From: Felis catus
Lineage: Eukaryota
Assembly (NCBI RefSeq): GCF_018350175.1
Contig: NC_058368.1
Coordinates: 156,676,001 to 156,740,000, forward strand
DNA length: 64,000 nt
Direction: 5' to 3'
The stretch's first letter is position 1. Every line of letters starts with the position of its first letter. Made by a program: the position numbers and the translations under genes. This document shows positions 28,109 to 40,460 of the stretch, one piece after another. The notes under the pieces are model-generated. The model was not told the DNA's origin. It saw only the letters and a list, made by a program, of their open reading frames with translations, and searched no databases.

Positions 28109-28549
28109 TTTTTATATTTCAATTTACTTGTTTTATTCAAAGTTGTTTCACTGTAAATTTATTAAAGTAGTTTCTTCCAATCTGAAGCAAATCTACTTTT
28201 CATGGATACTAAAAGCACTGAAGATTTATATTAATATTTATTCTTAAGCTAGAGCTTTCAACAATACCTTTCTGTTAACAGATATTGAGGCCTTTTGCTT
28301 TTTCTGAGCTGATTTACAAGTCTTCACAGAATAGCAATGTACCTTTTCTGAGTCATTTCAATCCTTCCTAACCTCTCCATTTCCATTTAGAAATGTGACA
28401 ATTGATTTCTATTGTATTCAAATGATTGCTATCTCAAGAATTAATGAATATATTTTCCAAATGCTAATGTTTTAGTAAAATGAAAGTGCTCTTTTGCCCT
28501 TTAGCAATTTTGTGCATTGGATGTTGTAAAAATGATTTTTGGAGGTAGA

Positions 28550-28972
28550 TTTATTGTATTTTATTTTTTTATTTTAGAGAGAGGGAGTGCCAGCAGGGGA
28601 GAGGGGAAGAAGGAGAGAGAATCTTAAGCAGGCTCCACTGTCAGCATGGAGCCCATCTTGGGGCTCAATCTCACAATCCTGGGATCATGACCTGAGCCGA
28701 AATCAAGAGTCAGATGCTCAAAAGACTGAGCCACCTAAGCTCCCCTGAAAGTCGGTGTTTTTGTTGTTGTTGTTGTTGTTTATTTATTTATTTATTTTGA
28801 GAGAGAGAGAGAAAGCACGAGCAGGGGAAAGGCAAAGAGAACAGATCCCAGCAGGTCTCTTGCTGTCAGCACAGAGCCTACCTGATGCAAGGCTCAGACT
28901 CATGAACCATGCAATCAGGACCTGAGCAGAAATCGAGTCAGAAGCTTAACTCACTAAGCCACCCAGGTGACA
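28550..28972 (-). mobile_element. Two adjacent Can-SINEs (28550-28745 and 28757-28972)
   Basis: Two SINE bodies with tails. Confidence 0.9.
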
Positions 28973-29191
28973 CTAGAAGTGGGTTTTTGAAAACAACCTG
29001 GCATCTTTATATGTTCATTTATTTGTTTCTCTACCTTCTAACCTCATTAAGGGAAACTATTTAAGATCCGATTAAATCCAATGGCTCAAAGAACGTTTTT
29101 TAGTAGTATTATCCAGAAGAGCTGAAACACACTGGACACTCTGGGTGGAAAGACAAAGAAGATTCCTTTTGTCTCTCTTTAACTTAGATTC

Positions 29192-30235
29192 TGTATTAGT
29201 TTTCTATTGCTGTGTAATAAATTACCATAAACAAAGTTATTTAAACAACACACATTTGTTATTTCAATGATTCTGTAGGTCAGGTTAGGGTTAACTGGGA
29301 GCTCTGCTCAGGGTCTCACAAGGCTGCAGTTGAGGTTGAAAGAGCGGAACTACGCCGGCCAACTCCATCTTGTTCTGTGTCCTCCACCTTGAGTGACTAT
29401 GTCCCTGACATGGCCCCTTTCCGGGAAAATCGCAGAAACCTCAGACCACGCCGCCTCCCCTTGAGTAACCTCCCGCTCACTCGTTCAAACTTCCTGATCA
29501 AAACACGCCTGGCGACCTGTGTAACGGGACTCCGACCCTTCCCCAGCCAATCGGCTGAGGCTACGACCCTTCCCCAGCCAATTGGCTAAGGCCACAGCCA
29601 TTACCTCACCAACTGCCCCTAGACCCCTATAAAACCTTTGTGCTTTTGAAACTCGCTCTCTCCCCCGCATCTCACCGCTGCGTAGGTGCAGGTAGGGGAT
29701 TGAGACTGAGCTAGCTCGAATAAAGGCTCTTTGCTTTTGCATCAGACTCGGCTCCCTGGTGGTCTTTGGGGATCATGAATTCAGGGCATAACAAGGTGTG
29801 AGCTGGGCTGACTTCTCATCTGAATCTTGAAATCTTTAGGCTGTAGAATTCAGTTCCTTGCAGTTGTAAGAATGAAGCCCTTGGCTCTTGGAGATCATTG
29901 CTCTCCATTGTTAGTTCATAACATAGCTGTTTACTTTTTTAAGGTCAGCAAAAGGATCTCATTATCTCAAGGAAGGTTCCAGTTACTTTCAAAGGACTCA
30001 CCTGGTTAGGTCAGGTTCATCAAAGATCACATTCCTTTGATTAACTTAAAATCAGTTTATTAGAAACATCTACTAAATTTGCAAAAATCCCTTTAATTTC
30101 TGCCATATAACATATCATAATCACAGAAGTGATATCCCATCATACTCAAAGATTCCACCCATACTAAAGGGGAGAGAATTAATACAAAGGACACAGATTG
30201 TTATGGGTCAACTTAAAATTCTGTTTACACCACAC
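29192..30235 (-). mobile_element. MLT1-type MaLR LTR split by a younger ERV1 LTR
   Basis: Starts tgtattagttttctattgctgtgtaataaattacc and ends aaaattctgtttacaccaca. Confidence 0.8.
29337..29793 (+). mobile_element. Young solo ERV1-class LTR, 457 bp
   Basis: TG...CA termini, 4-bp TSD aggt (29333-36 and 29794-97), two CCAAT boxes, TATAAAA at 29628, AATAAA at 29719, CpG-rich. Confidence 0.92.
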
Positions 30236-30838
30236 GTATTAAATCCAGTTTTATTGAACCAGTTTCTTACATCCTATTTTCCAGACCTCATCAGAGTTAG
30301 AGGCTCAAGGCACAAATAAATTACAGAATTATCAACTGTGAGGCCCTCTCTGGCATGGCACAGGTCACTTTCCCCAGGGACTACTATTACTCTTCCTACC
30401 AATTATGCGGGACTTCTTAAAAGCAGTGTGTGCAATACTTTGTCTTCACAAGGCTATACACCAGATCCTACCATCCATCCCAAAGCATATACCTAATTGT
30501 ACATCAGAGCATAGGAAGAAATATAAATGTATCATAAGTTTGAAATTTCTGAAGTAATAGTACACATACTATTAAGCAATGGCAAATCTGAAATCTTCTT
30601 ATTTTTGCTAATAAAATTTTAAGAACAATTCCTTATTCTCTCGTGAAAAAATGAAATGTTACCTTGTTCAGTTTTTTGCATTGCTGATACTCCACATTGG
30701 TGTATTTCAAAAGTAAAAGTTATCCATTTGACAGGTGTTAACCTTCCACTCTACTGATTTTTTTGGTACATGTGATGGAGTAAAAAGAAAAACCTACTGA
30801 CTTCCTCTATGACATATATTATTCATAAAGAACATAAA

Positions 30839-30839
<1 letters not shown>

Positions 30840-30896
<57 letters not shown>

Positions 30897-31116
30897 GTCA
30901 AGTTGGTTTCCATACTACACCCAGTGCTCATCCCAACAGGCGCCCTCCTCAATGCCCATCACCCGCTTTCCCCTCCCCCTCACCCCCCATCAACCCTCAG
31001 TTTGTTCTTAGTATTTAAGAGTCTCTTAGGGTTTGCCTCCTTCCCTCTCTGTAACTTTTCCCCCCCTTCCCCTCCCCACTGGTCTTCTGTTAAGTTTCTT
31101 GGGAGCCACATATGAA
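30840..31116 (-). mobile_element. 5'-truncated young felid L1 3' UTR with (TA)n at the tail position
   Basis: tttattgtcaagttggtttccata...cacccagtgctcatcccaaca, as in carnivore L1 3' ends. Confidence 0.85.
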
Positions 31117-31633
31117 TCAATGTCCTTGGGTCACAATGGTGAAACTGAAATCAGTAAACCATTTTAAATACTCTGAAGTACAGATTGCTTTCTCTAGCTT
31201 TATTTTTTTGCCATTTTGAAAACAGATAATCATTCCTTTCCAGGATTCTGTTTTAATGATCCCAGAGTTCAATTCCAAAATTATTAAGGAAATAGGAGTA
31301 TGATATTTAAGGACAAAATACAAGGTTTGTGCTTTTAAAAGTTAGAAAAAAAGGTATGAGAAATATCCTCAGCATCACAAAAGCAATTGCCTTTTTCAAT
31401 TCTTAGCAAGAACCCTGCTTTTTCTCTCCGTGTGAGGCAGAATGGCTGCTGGCGCTGGAATAAATAGTAAAAAGACATAAAATGAGTAGACTGTCAACAA
31501 CATAAGTTGGCAAAACTCTAAAGGCAAAAACTCCAAAGCTGAGTGCCAGAACCAATTAGAATATATAATACTAACTAAAAATAATGGGAAAAAAGTCCTT
31601 GCAGCTCTCATTCAGAAATATCCACCAACTTAT

Positions 31634-31835
31634 GGGGCACCTGGGTGGATAAGTTGGCTAAAGGACCTACTCTTGATTTTGGCTCAGATCATGATCCCAG
31701 GGGCATGAGATCAAGTCCTGCATCTGGCTCCACACTGACAGCATGGAGCCTGCTTGGGATTGTCTCTCCCTCTCTGTCCCTCCTGTGTTCTTTCTCTTTC
31801 ACAAGATAAATAAGTAAACTTAAAAAGAAAAAAGA
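31634..31835 (+). mobile_element. Can-SINE
   Basis: SINE head, body and tail; approximate TSD agaaatat(c/t)cac(c/t)aa. Confidence 0.9.
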
Positions 31836-31914
31836 AATATTCACTAATTTAACCAGTAACACTTCAGTTAATACCATGCTGATAATAATAATGTTGTTGA
31901 TGATGGTGGAAATA

Positions 31915-34420
31915 TAGACATAACTTGTTTCATTGCACTTTGCAGATACTGCACATTTTATAAATTGAAGGTTTCTGGCAACCCTGCACTAAGCAAGTCC
32001 ATTGGCACCATTTTTTCCAACAGCATAGGCTCACTTTGTGTCTCTGTGTCACATTTGGTACCTTTCACAGCATTTCAAAATTTTTCATTATTACTATATT
32101 TATAGTTATGGTGATCTGTGATCAGTGATCTTTGGTGTTATTATTGTAACTGTTTTGGGGGTGCCACGAACTGTGCCTATGTAAGATAGCAAACTTAAAT
32201 GATAAATGTTGTGTGGGTTCTGACTGTTCCACTGCCTGGCCATTCCCCCATCTCTCTCCCTCTCTTCAAGCCTCCCTAATCCCTGAGACACAACAATATT
32301 GAAATTAGGCCAATAACCCTACAATGGCCTATACGTGTTCAAGTGAAAGGAAGAGTTGTGTGTCTCTTACTTTAAATCCAAAGCTAGAGATGATTAAGCT
32401 TAGTGAGGAAGGGAAGTTGAAAGGTGACGCAGGCCAAAAGCTAAGCCTCTTGTGCCAAACAGCCAAGTTGCAAATGCAAAGGAAAAGTTCTTGGAAGGTA
32501 AAAGTTATTCCAGTGAACACATGAATGATATGATATTGCTGATACGGAGAAAATTTCAGTATTCTGGATAGAAGATCAAACCAGCTACAACATTCCCTTT
32601 AGCCAAAGCCAAATACAGAGTAAGGCCATAGCTCTCTTCAATTCTATCAAGGTTGAGAGATGTGGAAGCTGCAGAAGACAAGTTTGATGACAGCAGAGGT
32701 TGGTTCATGAAATTTAAGTGAAAGAAATAATCGCTATAACATGGGTTTCATTCTTACAACTGCAATGAACTGAACTCTGCAGCCTAAAAATTTCAAGGTT
32801 CAGATGAGAACTCAGTACAAGGTGAAGCAGTAAGTGCTGATGTAGAAGCTGCAGCAAGTTGTCCAGAAGATTTAGATAACGTAACTCAAAAAGATGGTTA
32901 TTGTTTAGTGTGGCTAAACAATTTTCCACGTAGACAAAACAGGCTTACATTGGAATAAGATGCCATCTAGGACTTTTATAGCTAGAGAAAAGAAGTCAAT
33001 GTCTTGCTTCAAAGTTTCAAAGGATGGGGCATGTGACTTTTGACCTTGGGGTCATGAGTTGGAGCCCCATGTTGGGTGTAGCGATTGCTTAAATAAATAA
33101 ACTTTCAAAAAAAGTTTCAAAGGACAGGCTGACTCTCTTATAGGGGTCAATGAAGCTGGTGACTTTAAACGGAAGTCAATGCTCATTTACCATTCTGAAA
33201 ATTGTAGGACTCTTAAGAATTATGCTACATCTATTCTGCAGGTGCTCTGTAAGTGGAACAACAAAACCTGATGACAGCACGTCTGTTTATATAACATGGC
33301 TTACTGAATATTGTAGTTCCATTATTCAGACCTTCTACTCAGAAAAAAATATTCCTTTCAAAATATTATGCTCATTGACAATACACCTGGTCACCCAAGA
33401 GCTCTGATGGAGATGCATAATGAGATTAATATTGTTTTCATGCTTGCTAACACAATGTCCATTCATCAACCTGTGGACCAAGGGGTAATTTCAACTTTCA
33501 AGTCACCATGAGTGATTCCTCTCATGGATCTGGGCAAAGTAAACTGAAAACCTATGGAAACTATTCATTATGCCAGATGCCATTAAAAACATCTGTGATT
33601 CACAGGAAGGGGTTAAAACTCAACATGAATAGGAATTTGGAAGAAGTTGATTTCAATCCTCATGGATGACTTTACGGGATTCAAGACTTCAGAGCAGAAA
33701 GTAACTACAGATGTGGTGGGAAAAGCCAGAGAATGAGAATTAGAAGTGGAGCCTGAAGACGGAACTGAATTGTTGCTCATGACAAAACTTTAACAGATGA
33801 GGAGTTGCTTCTTTTTAAGCATGAGCAAAGAAAGTGGTTTCTTGAGATGGAATCTATTCCTGGTGAAGATGCTGTGAAGACTGCAGATATGACAACAAAG
33901 GATTTAGAATATGACAAACTTAGTTGATGAAACAGCTGCATAGTTTGAGAGGATTGATTCCAATTTTGAAAGAAGTTCTACCATGAATAAAATGCTATCA
34001 AACAGCATCACATGCAACAGAGAAATAGTGAAAAGAAGAGTCAATCAATGTGGCAAACATTGCTGCTGTCTTATTTTAAGAAATTACCACAACCACCCCT
34101 ATCCTCAGCAACTACCACCCTGGTCAGTCAGCAAACATCAACGTGGATGGAGGCAAGACCCTCACCAGCAAAAAGATGGCAACTAGCTGAAAGCTCAGAC
34201 GATGGCTAGCCTTTTTTTAAATAATAAAATATTTTTAAATTAAGGTGTATACATTGTTTGTTCAGACATAATGCTATTGCACACTTAATGGACTGAAGTG
34301 TAATGTAAACATAACTTTTAAATGCACCGGGAAAGCAAAAACTCCCTTTGACTCTATTTATTGTGATATTCACTTTACTGCAGTGAAACTAAAACCACAA
34401 TATCTCTGGGTTATGCCTTG
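31915..34420 (+). mobile_element. Near-full-length Tigger1 (TcMar-Tigger) with a decayed transposase
   Basis: TA flanks and degenerate TIRs. The ORF at 32324 (CSSERKSCVSLTLNPKLEMIKLSEEG) matches the Tigger1 transposase N-terminus; the frame is broken by stops and frameshifts. Confidence 0.93.
33026..33112 (+). mobile_element. Short Can-SINE inside Tigger1
   Basis: TSD aaagtttcaaagga. Confidence 0.85.
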
Positions 34421-36008
34421 TAGATGATTAGAGGGCTTACTTTGTGTCTTACTCTAAAACATTATGTGTAGAATCCCATTTAACCTGTAGAACACGCCCA
34501 GGAGGCAGATGCCTTTATTATTCCATTTGCAAATGATGCTTAGTTACTCCGTGACTCACTCTTGGACTCTCTGATGCCCATCGTATGCTGTAGCAGATTG
34601 CCACTGTCCAACCACTACACTCTCAGTTTTCCTACACATCAAAGACTTTCTACCTCTATACCTTCCTCAAGCACCTGTGACTTTCTGCACAGGAGTGTGC
34701 TTGGCACAAGCATGGCCCAGGCCTCGGTGATACATGCTTCAGAGCAAGCCTTAGCAAATGGCATATGGGAATTGGTAAACAAATAGTCGGTCTTCTTGGT
34801 TACGCATTAGGGCTTGCTAGGGGCATTCCACACCATGTCTTAGAGGTCCCAGAACTAACCTGATTTTTCACTCACCCTGTGCTGACTCCCTTCCTTTCCC
34901 TATTTATTCTTGCCCCTACCACTGCCTTCTGGGATTATCTCCCAAAGAAGCTCAAATCTGTGTCATGCTCTGCTTGTGCCTATCCACACTTAAAAAACAT
35001 GGTGTTTTTCTTCTGTGATACACTGCTAATGAGATATTATTTAAGATAATTGACTGAAGCTTGAGAACTTTTAAACTTGAATACACTTTTTGGAAAAGTA
35101 ATTTATTTTATTCTTATAATTTATACTCAAATTTTCTTTAATAAAGAAGAGAGCTTTGTTCAATTCTTTTCTAAATTTAACTAGAAATTATTCTCTGAGA
35201 ACGTTTTTCAATAGGTTAGTATGTTCCCCAAACACTAGAAAATCTAGAAAAGCTTAAATGTACAATTTTGTAGCCAATGTCTCTCAGTACACTTGTTACA
35301 AAATTGTAACCCTTTAAAATTTAAAACCACTTGTCAGTCTACATACTAAAGATATCTGTGAGTGCTAAAGTGGTCATGCTTCAACTACAAAGATAATTTC
35401 ACTTTAGACCATAATAACACAGCATCTACACCTATTGACAATAGGCAAAATCCACACTTAACAGAAAGGTAAACAACAGGGACATAATAAATGAAGAAAT
35501 TCAGTACAAGCTATAAAGATAGAGAATGTCTCCTTTTCCCCAGAACCATTTTCTTTTCACGTTGGAAGCTTGAAAGGCTTAGAGCCATGAGTTTACATTT
35601 CAAATGGTTGTGAAGATCTAAGAGTTCTTCTCTTATCTCAAGAGAGAATCTGTTCACTTCAGAAAGATAAGGTCTTTTTCTCTCCTAAGATGGGAGGAGG
35701 GGCTGCTGCGCAGTTGTTTTTATAAAGCTCCCCAGTTGCATAATTTTGGTTTCTTCTCCACAGTACAGACCCCCTGTATACGCAGCTGACAAATGTTCTC
35801 ACTGCCATCTCCCTGAAGGGAGAGAGTGAAGCTTGAGAAACCAATACGATAAGTAATAATGTCTGATCTTTGATCTAGAAATCTGGTGTTTGCTTTTAGA
35901 ATAATATAAAGATAGAAAACTAAAAACTTGCCAATAAAATTTTCTTAGGAGTGAATCTTTGATATAGTCTAGAAGGAGCCTTTTTACTTGCAAAAGAAAT
36001 GTGATACA

Positions 36009-36072
36009 TTTTTTTAAGTTCATTTATTTTGAGAGAGAGAGAGAGCACACACATGCACAGTAGTGGAGGAGG

Positions 36073-36118
<46 letters not shown>

Positions 36119-36243
36119 CCCAAGCAGGCTCCCCAATGCCAGCACAGAGCCTGATGTGGGGCTCAAACCACAAAGTGTGAGATCATGACCTAAGCCAAAG
36201 TCAAGAGCCGAATGCTTAATAGACTGAGCCACCCAGGTGCCCC
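36009..36243 (-). mobile_element. Can-SINE with (GA)n expansion
   Basis: TSD tgtgatacattt. Confidence 0.94.
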
Positions 36244-36320
36244 TGTGATACATTTCTGATACACATTCATAACTAAATTGAATGAAATATTTTCTTTTCA
36301 CAATTTTTGGAGGACCCACA

Positions 36321-36700
36321 TGTGAGGCAACCTGATCGGGTGGAGGCCAGCGAGTGTGTGGTAAAAGAATTCACCCAAGGAAGAACAAAGGAGATAGAAG
36401 TTTATTGAATACACTGCAAGGGAGTAGTGGTCAGGACAGCAAAGGAGAGACTGTGGGGAGGCAGAGGTGGGAGGCCATAGTTAAGGGGGAAGATGAGGAG
36501 ATATGGGAACATATGGAATTTTCCTTTTTTGGTACCTGTGTCCAGCTTTAAGAAACCCATTGGTCAGGCGGGGTTTATGGATATTTTGAAGTGGGTTGCC
36601 TAATGGGCGGGTTTGTAGTCAGCCTGGTGGCCACTGTGGGTCCTTCTACCTTACTCAGGTTTCCAATGCTCAAGTTGGTTGCCTAAAAGCAGCCTCTACA
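36321..36700 (-). mobile_element. Solo LTR, 380 bp
   Basis: TG...CA termini, perfect 5-bp TSD ccaca (36316-20 and 36701-05), AATAAA on the minus strand at 36406-36401. Confidence 0.85.
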
Positions 36701-38140
36701 CCACAGAGATAGTCGGTCTCATAGGAACATCAAAGTCAGCAGACATCAGGTGTAGATCAAGTAACAACACAAGAACGCTCAGGATTCTTTGTGTTTCCTT
36801 GACCTTGCTCTTTAAGGGCAGCTATGACTGATAAACTATTAGGTTTTTCAGAGACATGGTGATTCCAGCCCATGTTCAGAGCTCTCTCCTATCAAAGTCC
36901 AAGGGCCATTTGAAAGGACTCTGGTTCTGTGGTTCTATGGCATCTTGCCATCTAGCATTAGCTCTAGGAGAAGTGAAATAGGCTTGAAGGCCTGAGTGAG
37001 ACTGGAGGGATAGTTTGGGACCTAGGACATCTCAGGGGTTCCACGAAAGGAAGGCCAGAATGGTTTCACAGGTTTCCAAAGAATGATTCAGATATGAGAA
37101 ATTCTGTGGTCTTGGTTTTGTATTTGAGGAGTTCCATGTGGCCATCTGCTGTCACTGAAGAATATTGCTGTCACTGCTTTAAATATTGGTATTCGTTTTA
37201 ATCGTTTAATTTATAATAAGCACATGATAAATCCCCTTTAGTCTGCTCCTCTCAACCCAAAGTTTAGAAGATTAAATTAGTGCTAATTAGAACGAATGTC
37301 CTCTCTTAAAATAATCTTAATCAACAGGGCTATAACTTTGTAGGGTTTGGCTATATCAAACAGTTGTACCAAAAATATAAGCTCATTCTTAATTGGGGTA
37401 CTGTGCCAATTGACATTTCAAAATTTTCAAAAAGGATAATTTTGTATACTTCGTATGATCCAATTTCAGGGAATGTGAATCCTACTAAATTCCTGAGAAT
37501 ATTTCTTTCCATGGGCAAGATACATCAAAATTCAGGAACACATAAAATTTCCTTTATGTTTATACCAAGAAGGAACATATTCTTTGAGAAGTTTAAATAT
37601 GGTAAACTATAAATATAAGCTAATTAACCTCCAGAGAATTAAGGACAATGTCTAATAAATGGAGCTCAGAGATGTACTTTTAAAATGAGTTAAGCTTAAA
37701 ATCATCCTTTGTTAACAGATGCTGAATTAAATTATACTTATTCTAAATCAAATCATCTATAACAAATCAAATCACATTTCCAAAAAATCCACCATTGGCA
37801 AAGTCTATGCAGATCCTGAAGGAAATACGATGCATATTAATTGGCCTTGTTGATAAACCACTGAGAACAATGTCAGATATTATACACAGTGCCTTTCCTG
37901 GGTCCTTTTACTTTACATGGCACTGCAGTTTTTGCAAAGATTCAATAAAAGTTGGTCCTTCTTATCTAACTACAGCAAAACCCTGGATTGTGAGTAACTT
38001 GTTCTGTGAGTGTTCTGCAAGATGAGCAAACATTTCTAATAAATTTGAACTTGAAGAACCATTGGCTCAGTTGTGATCACCTACTTCTCATTTATCAAGT
38101 TCAAATATATGTGAGCTATTTAATTCAGCATATAGCTAAG

Positions 38141-38609
38141 ATATATTTCCCTCATCTTCACAGGATTGGCTATAAGGGTAGCTCATCAACCGTTGTAAAT
38201 GTAAAGAAGGAGTTGCCAAGAAAAAGGTATCTCCAACCTGCTCAGAGATAAACCTTCCTCTGATGATACAAGCTGCATTCTCCTTCTGCGAAAAAAGGGA
38301 CATTCACACAGCTTAATTTTCTGACCAACTTTAACAGGACTAGAACTTTTTCTAGCAACCATCACTATATACAGTATGTCTCTGACATTGGGATGCTTTT
38401 GAGAGTGAAACGAAGCACTATTAACAATTATGCCAGTTAAAAAAAAAAAAAGAGCTTCCCTCAGGCAAACCAGGATATATGGCCATCTACCAGAGAGGAA
38501 ATTCCTCAGCCTCAGAACCAGAGAGGATCCTGAACACCAAAAGGGAAGTGAAGGTGTTGAGATGGCAGCGACCCTTATAGCCAATCCTGTGAAGATGAGG
38601 GAAATATAT
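38141..38609. repeat. Inverted repeat with 43-bp arms (38141-38183 and 38567-38609), 42/43 identical
   Basis: atatatttccctcatcttcacaggattggctataagggt matches its reverse complement perfectly over 39 bp. Confidence 0.95.
38352..38490 (+). mobile_element. MER94 (hAT-Blackjack), diverged
   Basis: gggatgcttttgagagtgaaa...ctattaacaattatgcc...ggcaaaccaggatatatggccatcta. Confidence 0.75.
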
Positions 38610-39247
38610 GTGAACACCAACCGTCATGCCTGATGCATAATTCACACCAGAAATGTGACCATGCCTTATGCACTCAGACAATCACTGTCTTTAAAAGTTG
38701 TCAGAAATGACATTTAATGGCAAAATTGCTGACAGGCCCTCCAACTTGAAAAAAGCTTATTTATACTTATATACTACAAAAATGAAAAATGTTTCATTTT
38801 TGTCAAATTGAATTATTTTGGGAAAAAATGCTTTCCAATTCATTTTCTCAGATCTGGCTATCTTATAACTGATATCAGTTCTCAGTGAGTGAGCTTTCAC
38901 TAAGCTGTGAGAAAAATGAAGCTTGCAGGGGGAAACCTTCTAAAGCCTTTCCCATCCCCCAGGTTTCTGTAATCTTTAATCCAACCTGAAAACACTGTTC
39001 TCACAAGACTTGGAAACTTTCCTTTGGCAGTGACACATCAGACTCACAGAGTGGAGGGACTGGATTTCTCGAACTCTACTCAGTGCAGGGATTTCTAACA
39101 TTGTTATAAATACAATCAGAATAAACAAGTTTCCATGGATCACTTTTTTTTTTTTTTTTTGCAGATGATCTAATGCCTCATTGAATTTGTTATATGCCAT
39201 AGTTTAGTTCTAAGACCTTCTTTGGCTGACAGTAAAACATGGATCAC

Positions 39248-39945
39248 TTTTTTTTTTTAATTTTTTTTTCAACTTTTATTTATTTTTGGGACAGAGAGAG
39301 AGAGAGCATGAGCGGGGGAGGGGCAGAGAGAGAGGGAGACACAGAATCGGAAGCAGGCTCCAGGCTCTGAGCCATCAGCCCAGAGCCTGACGCAGGGCTC
39401 GAACTCACAGACCGCGAGATCGTGACCTGGCTGAAGTCGGACGCTTAACCGACTGCACCACCCAGGCGCCCCACATGGATCACTTTTTAAAACCTTTTTT
39501 TAATTCTTAAATTTTTATTTATTTTTTAAGTTTATTTACTTATTTTTTTTTTTTTTTTAATTTTTTTTTTTCAACGTTTATTTATTTTTGGGACAGAGAG
39601 AGACAGAGCATGAACGGGGAAGGGGCAGAGAGAGAGGGAGACACAGAATCGGAAACAGGCTCCAGGCTCTGAGCCATCAGCCCAGAGCCCGACGCGGGGC
39701 TCGAACTCACGGACCGCGAGATCCTGACCTGGCTGAAGTCGGACGCTTAACCGACTGCGCCACCCAGGCGCCCCTATTTACTTATTTTTGAGAGAGAGAG
39801 AAAGCATGAGTGGTGAGGCGCAGAGAGGAAGAGAGAATCTTAGGCAGTCTCCAAGCTGGCAGCACGGAGCCCAAAGTGGGGCTCGGGCCCAAGAACCGTG
39901 AGATCATGACCTGACCCGAAGTCTGACTGAGCCACCCAGGTGCAC
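39248..39945 (-). mobile_element. Cluster of three Can-SINEs: young 39248-39472, and young 39543-39773 nested in the tail of an older copy (39495-39945)
   Basis: TSDs acatggatcacttttt and tatttacttattttt. Confidence 0.94.
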
Positions 39946-40006
39946 TGCCCCACTTTTTTGAGTATTTAGATTTGTTCGTAGTATTTGAAGAGAATCAGTT
40001 GTCCTC

Positions 40007-40460
40007 TATCGTGGGTTGACTTGGGTTCTCCCAGAGATATGTCTCAGTCCTAACCCCGATACTTGTAAAGGTGACCTTATTTGGAAATAGGGGCTTTGTA
40101 GATGTACTGAAGGTACTAATCTTCAGATGAGATCATCCTGGATTTAGGTTAGGCCCTAAATCCAATGACAGTCCTTATGAGAGAGAAAGCAGGGAGGGAT
40201 TTGAGACTTAGAGACACAGAGGGGGGTACCATGTAAGGATGGAAGCTGAGATCAGAGTGATGCTACCACAGGGCAAGGGATCCCTGGAGTCAACAGGAAC
40301 TAGACAAAGCAGGGAAGAATTTTTCCCGAGAGCCTCTGGAGGGAGTATTGCCCTTGACTATTTGACTCCTGGACTCCAGAGCTGAGAGGTAATAAATCTC
40401 TGTTGTTTTAAGCCACCAAGTTTGTGCTAATTTGTAAAATCAGCCCTAGAAAATTAATAC
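40007..40460 (+). mobile_element. MLT1-type (MLT1C-like) solo LTR
   Basis: gtgaccttatttggaaataggg...aataaatctctgttgttttaagccaccaagtttgtg...aattaatac. Confidence 0.88.

Noticed and set aside
32324..34100. Domesticated Tigger transposase (TIGD1-like) gene
   Set aside because: The frame is broken by stops, frameshifts, a SINE and a filler insertion
38006..38681. Peptide IYFPHLHRIGYKG appearing in ORFs on both strands
   Set aside because: It is a consequence of the inverted repeat, not evidence of coding
39134..39488. CRISPR-like repeat-spacer pattern (three direct repeats)
   Set aside because: Eukaryotic DNA with unequal, poly(T)-bearing spacers; explained as target-site duplications
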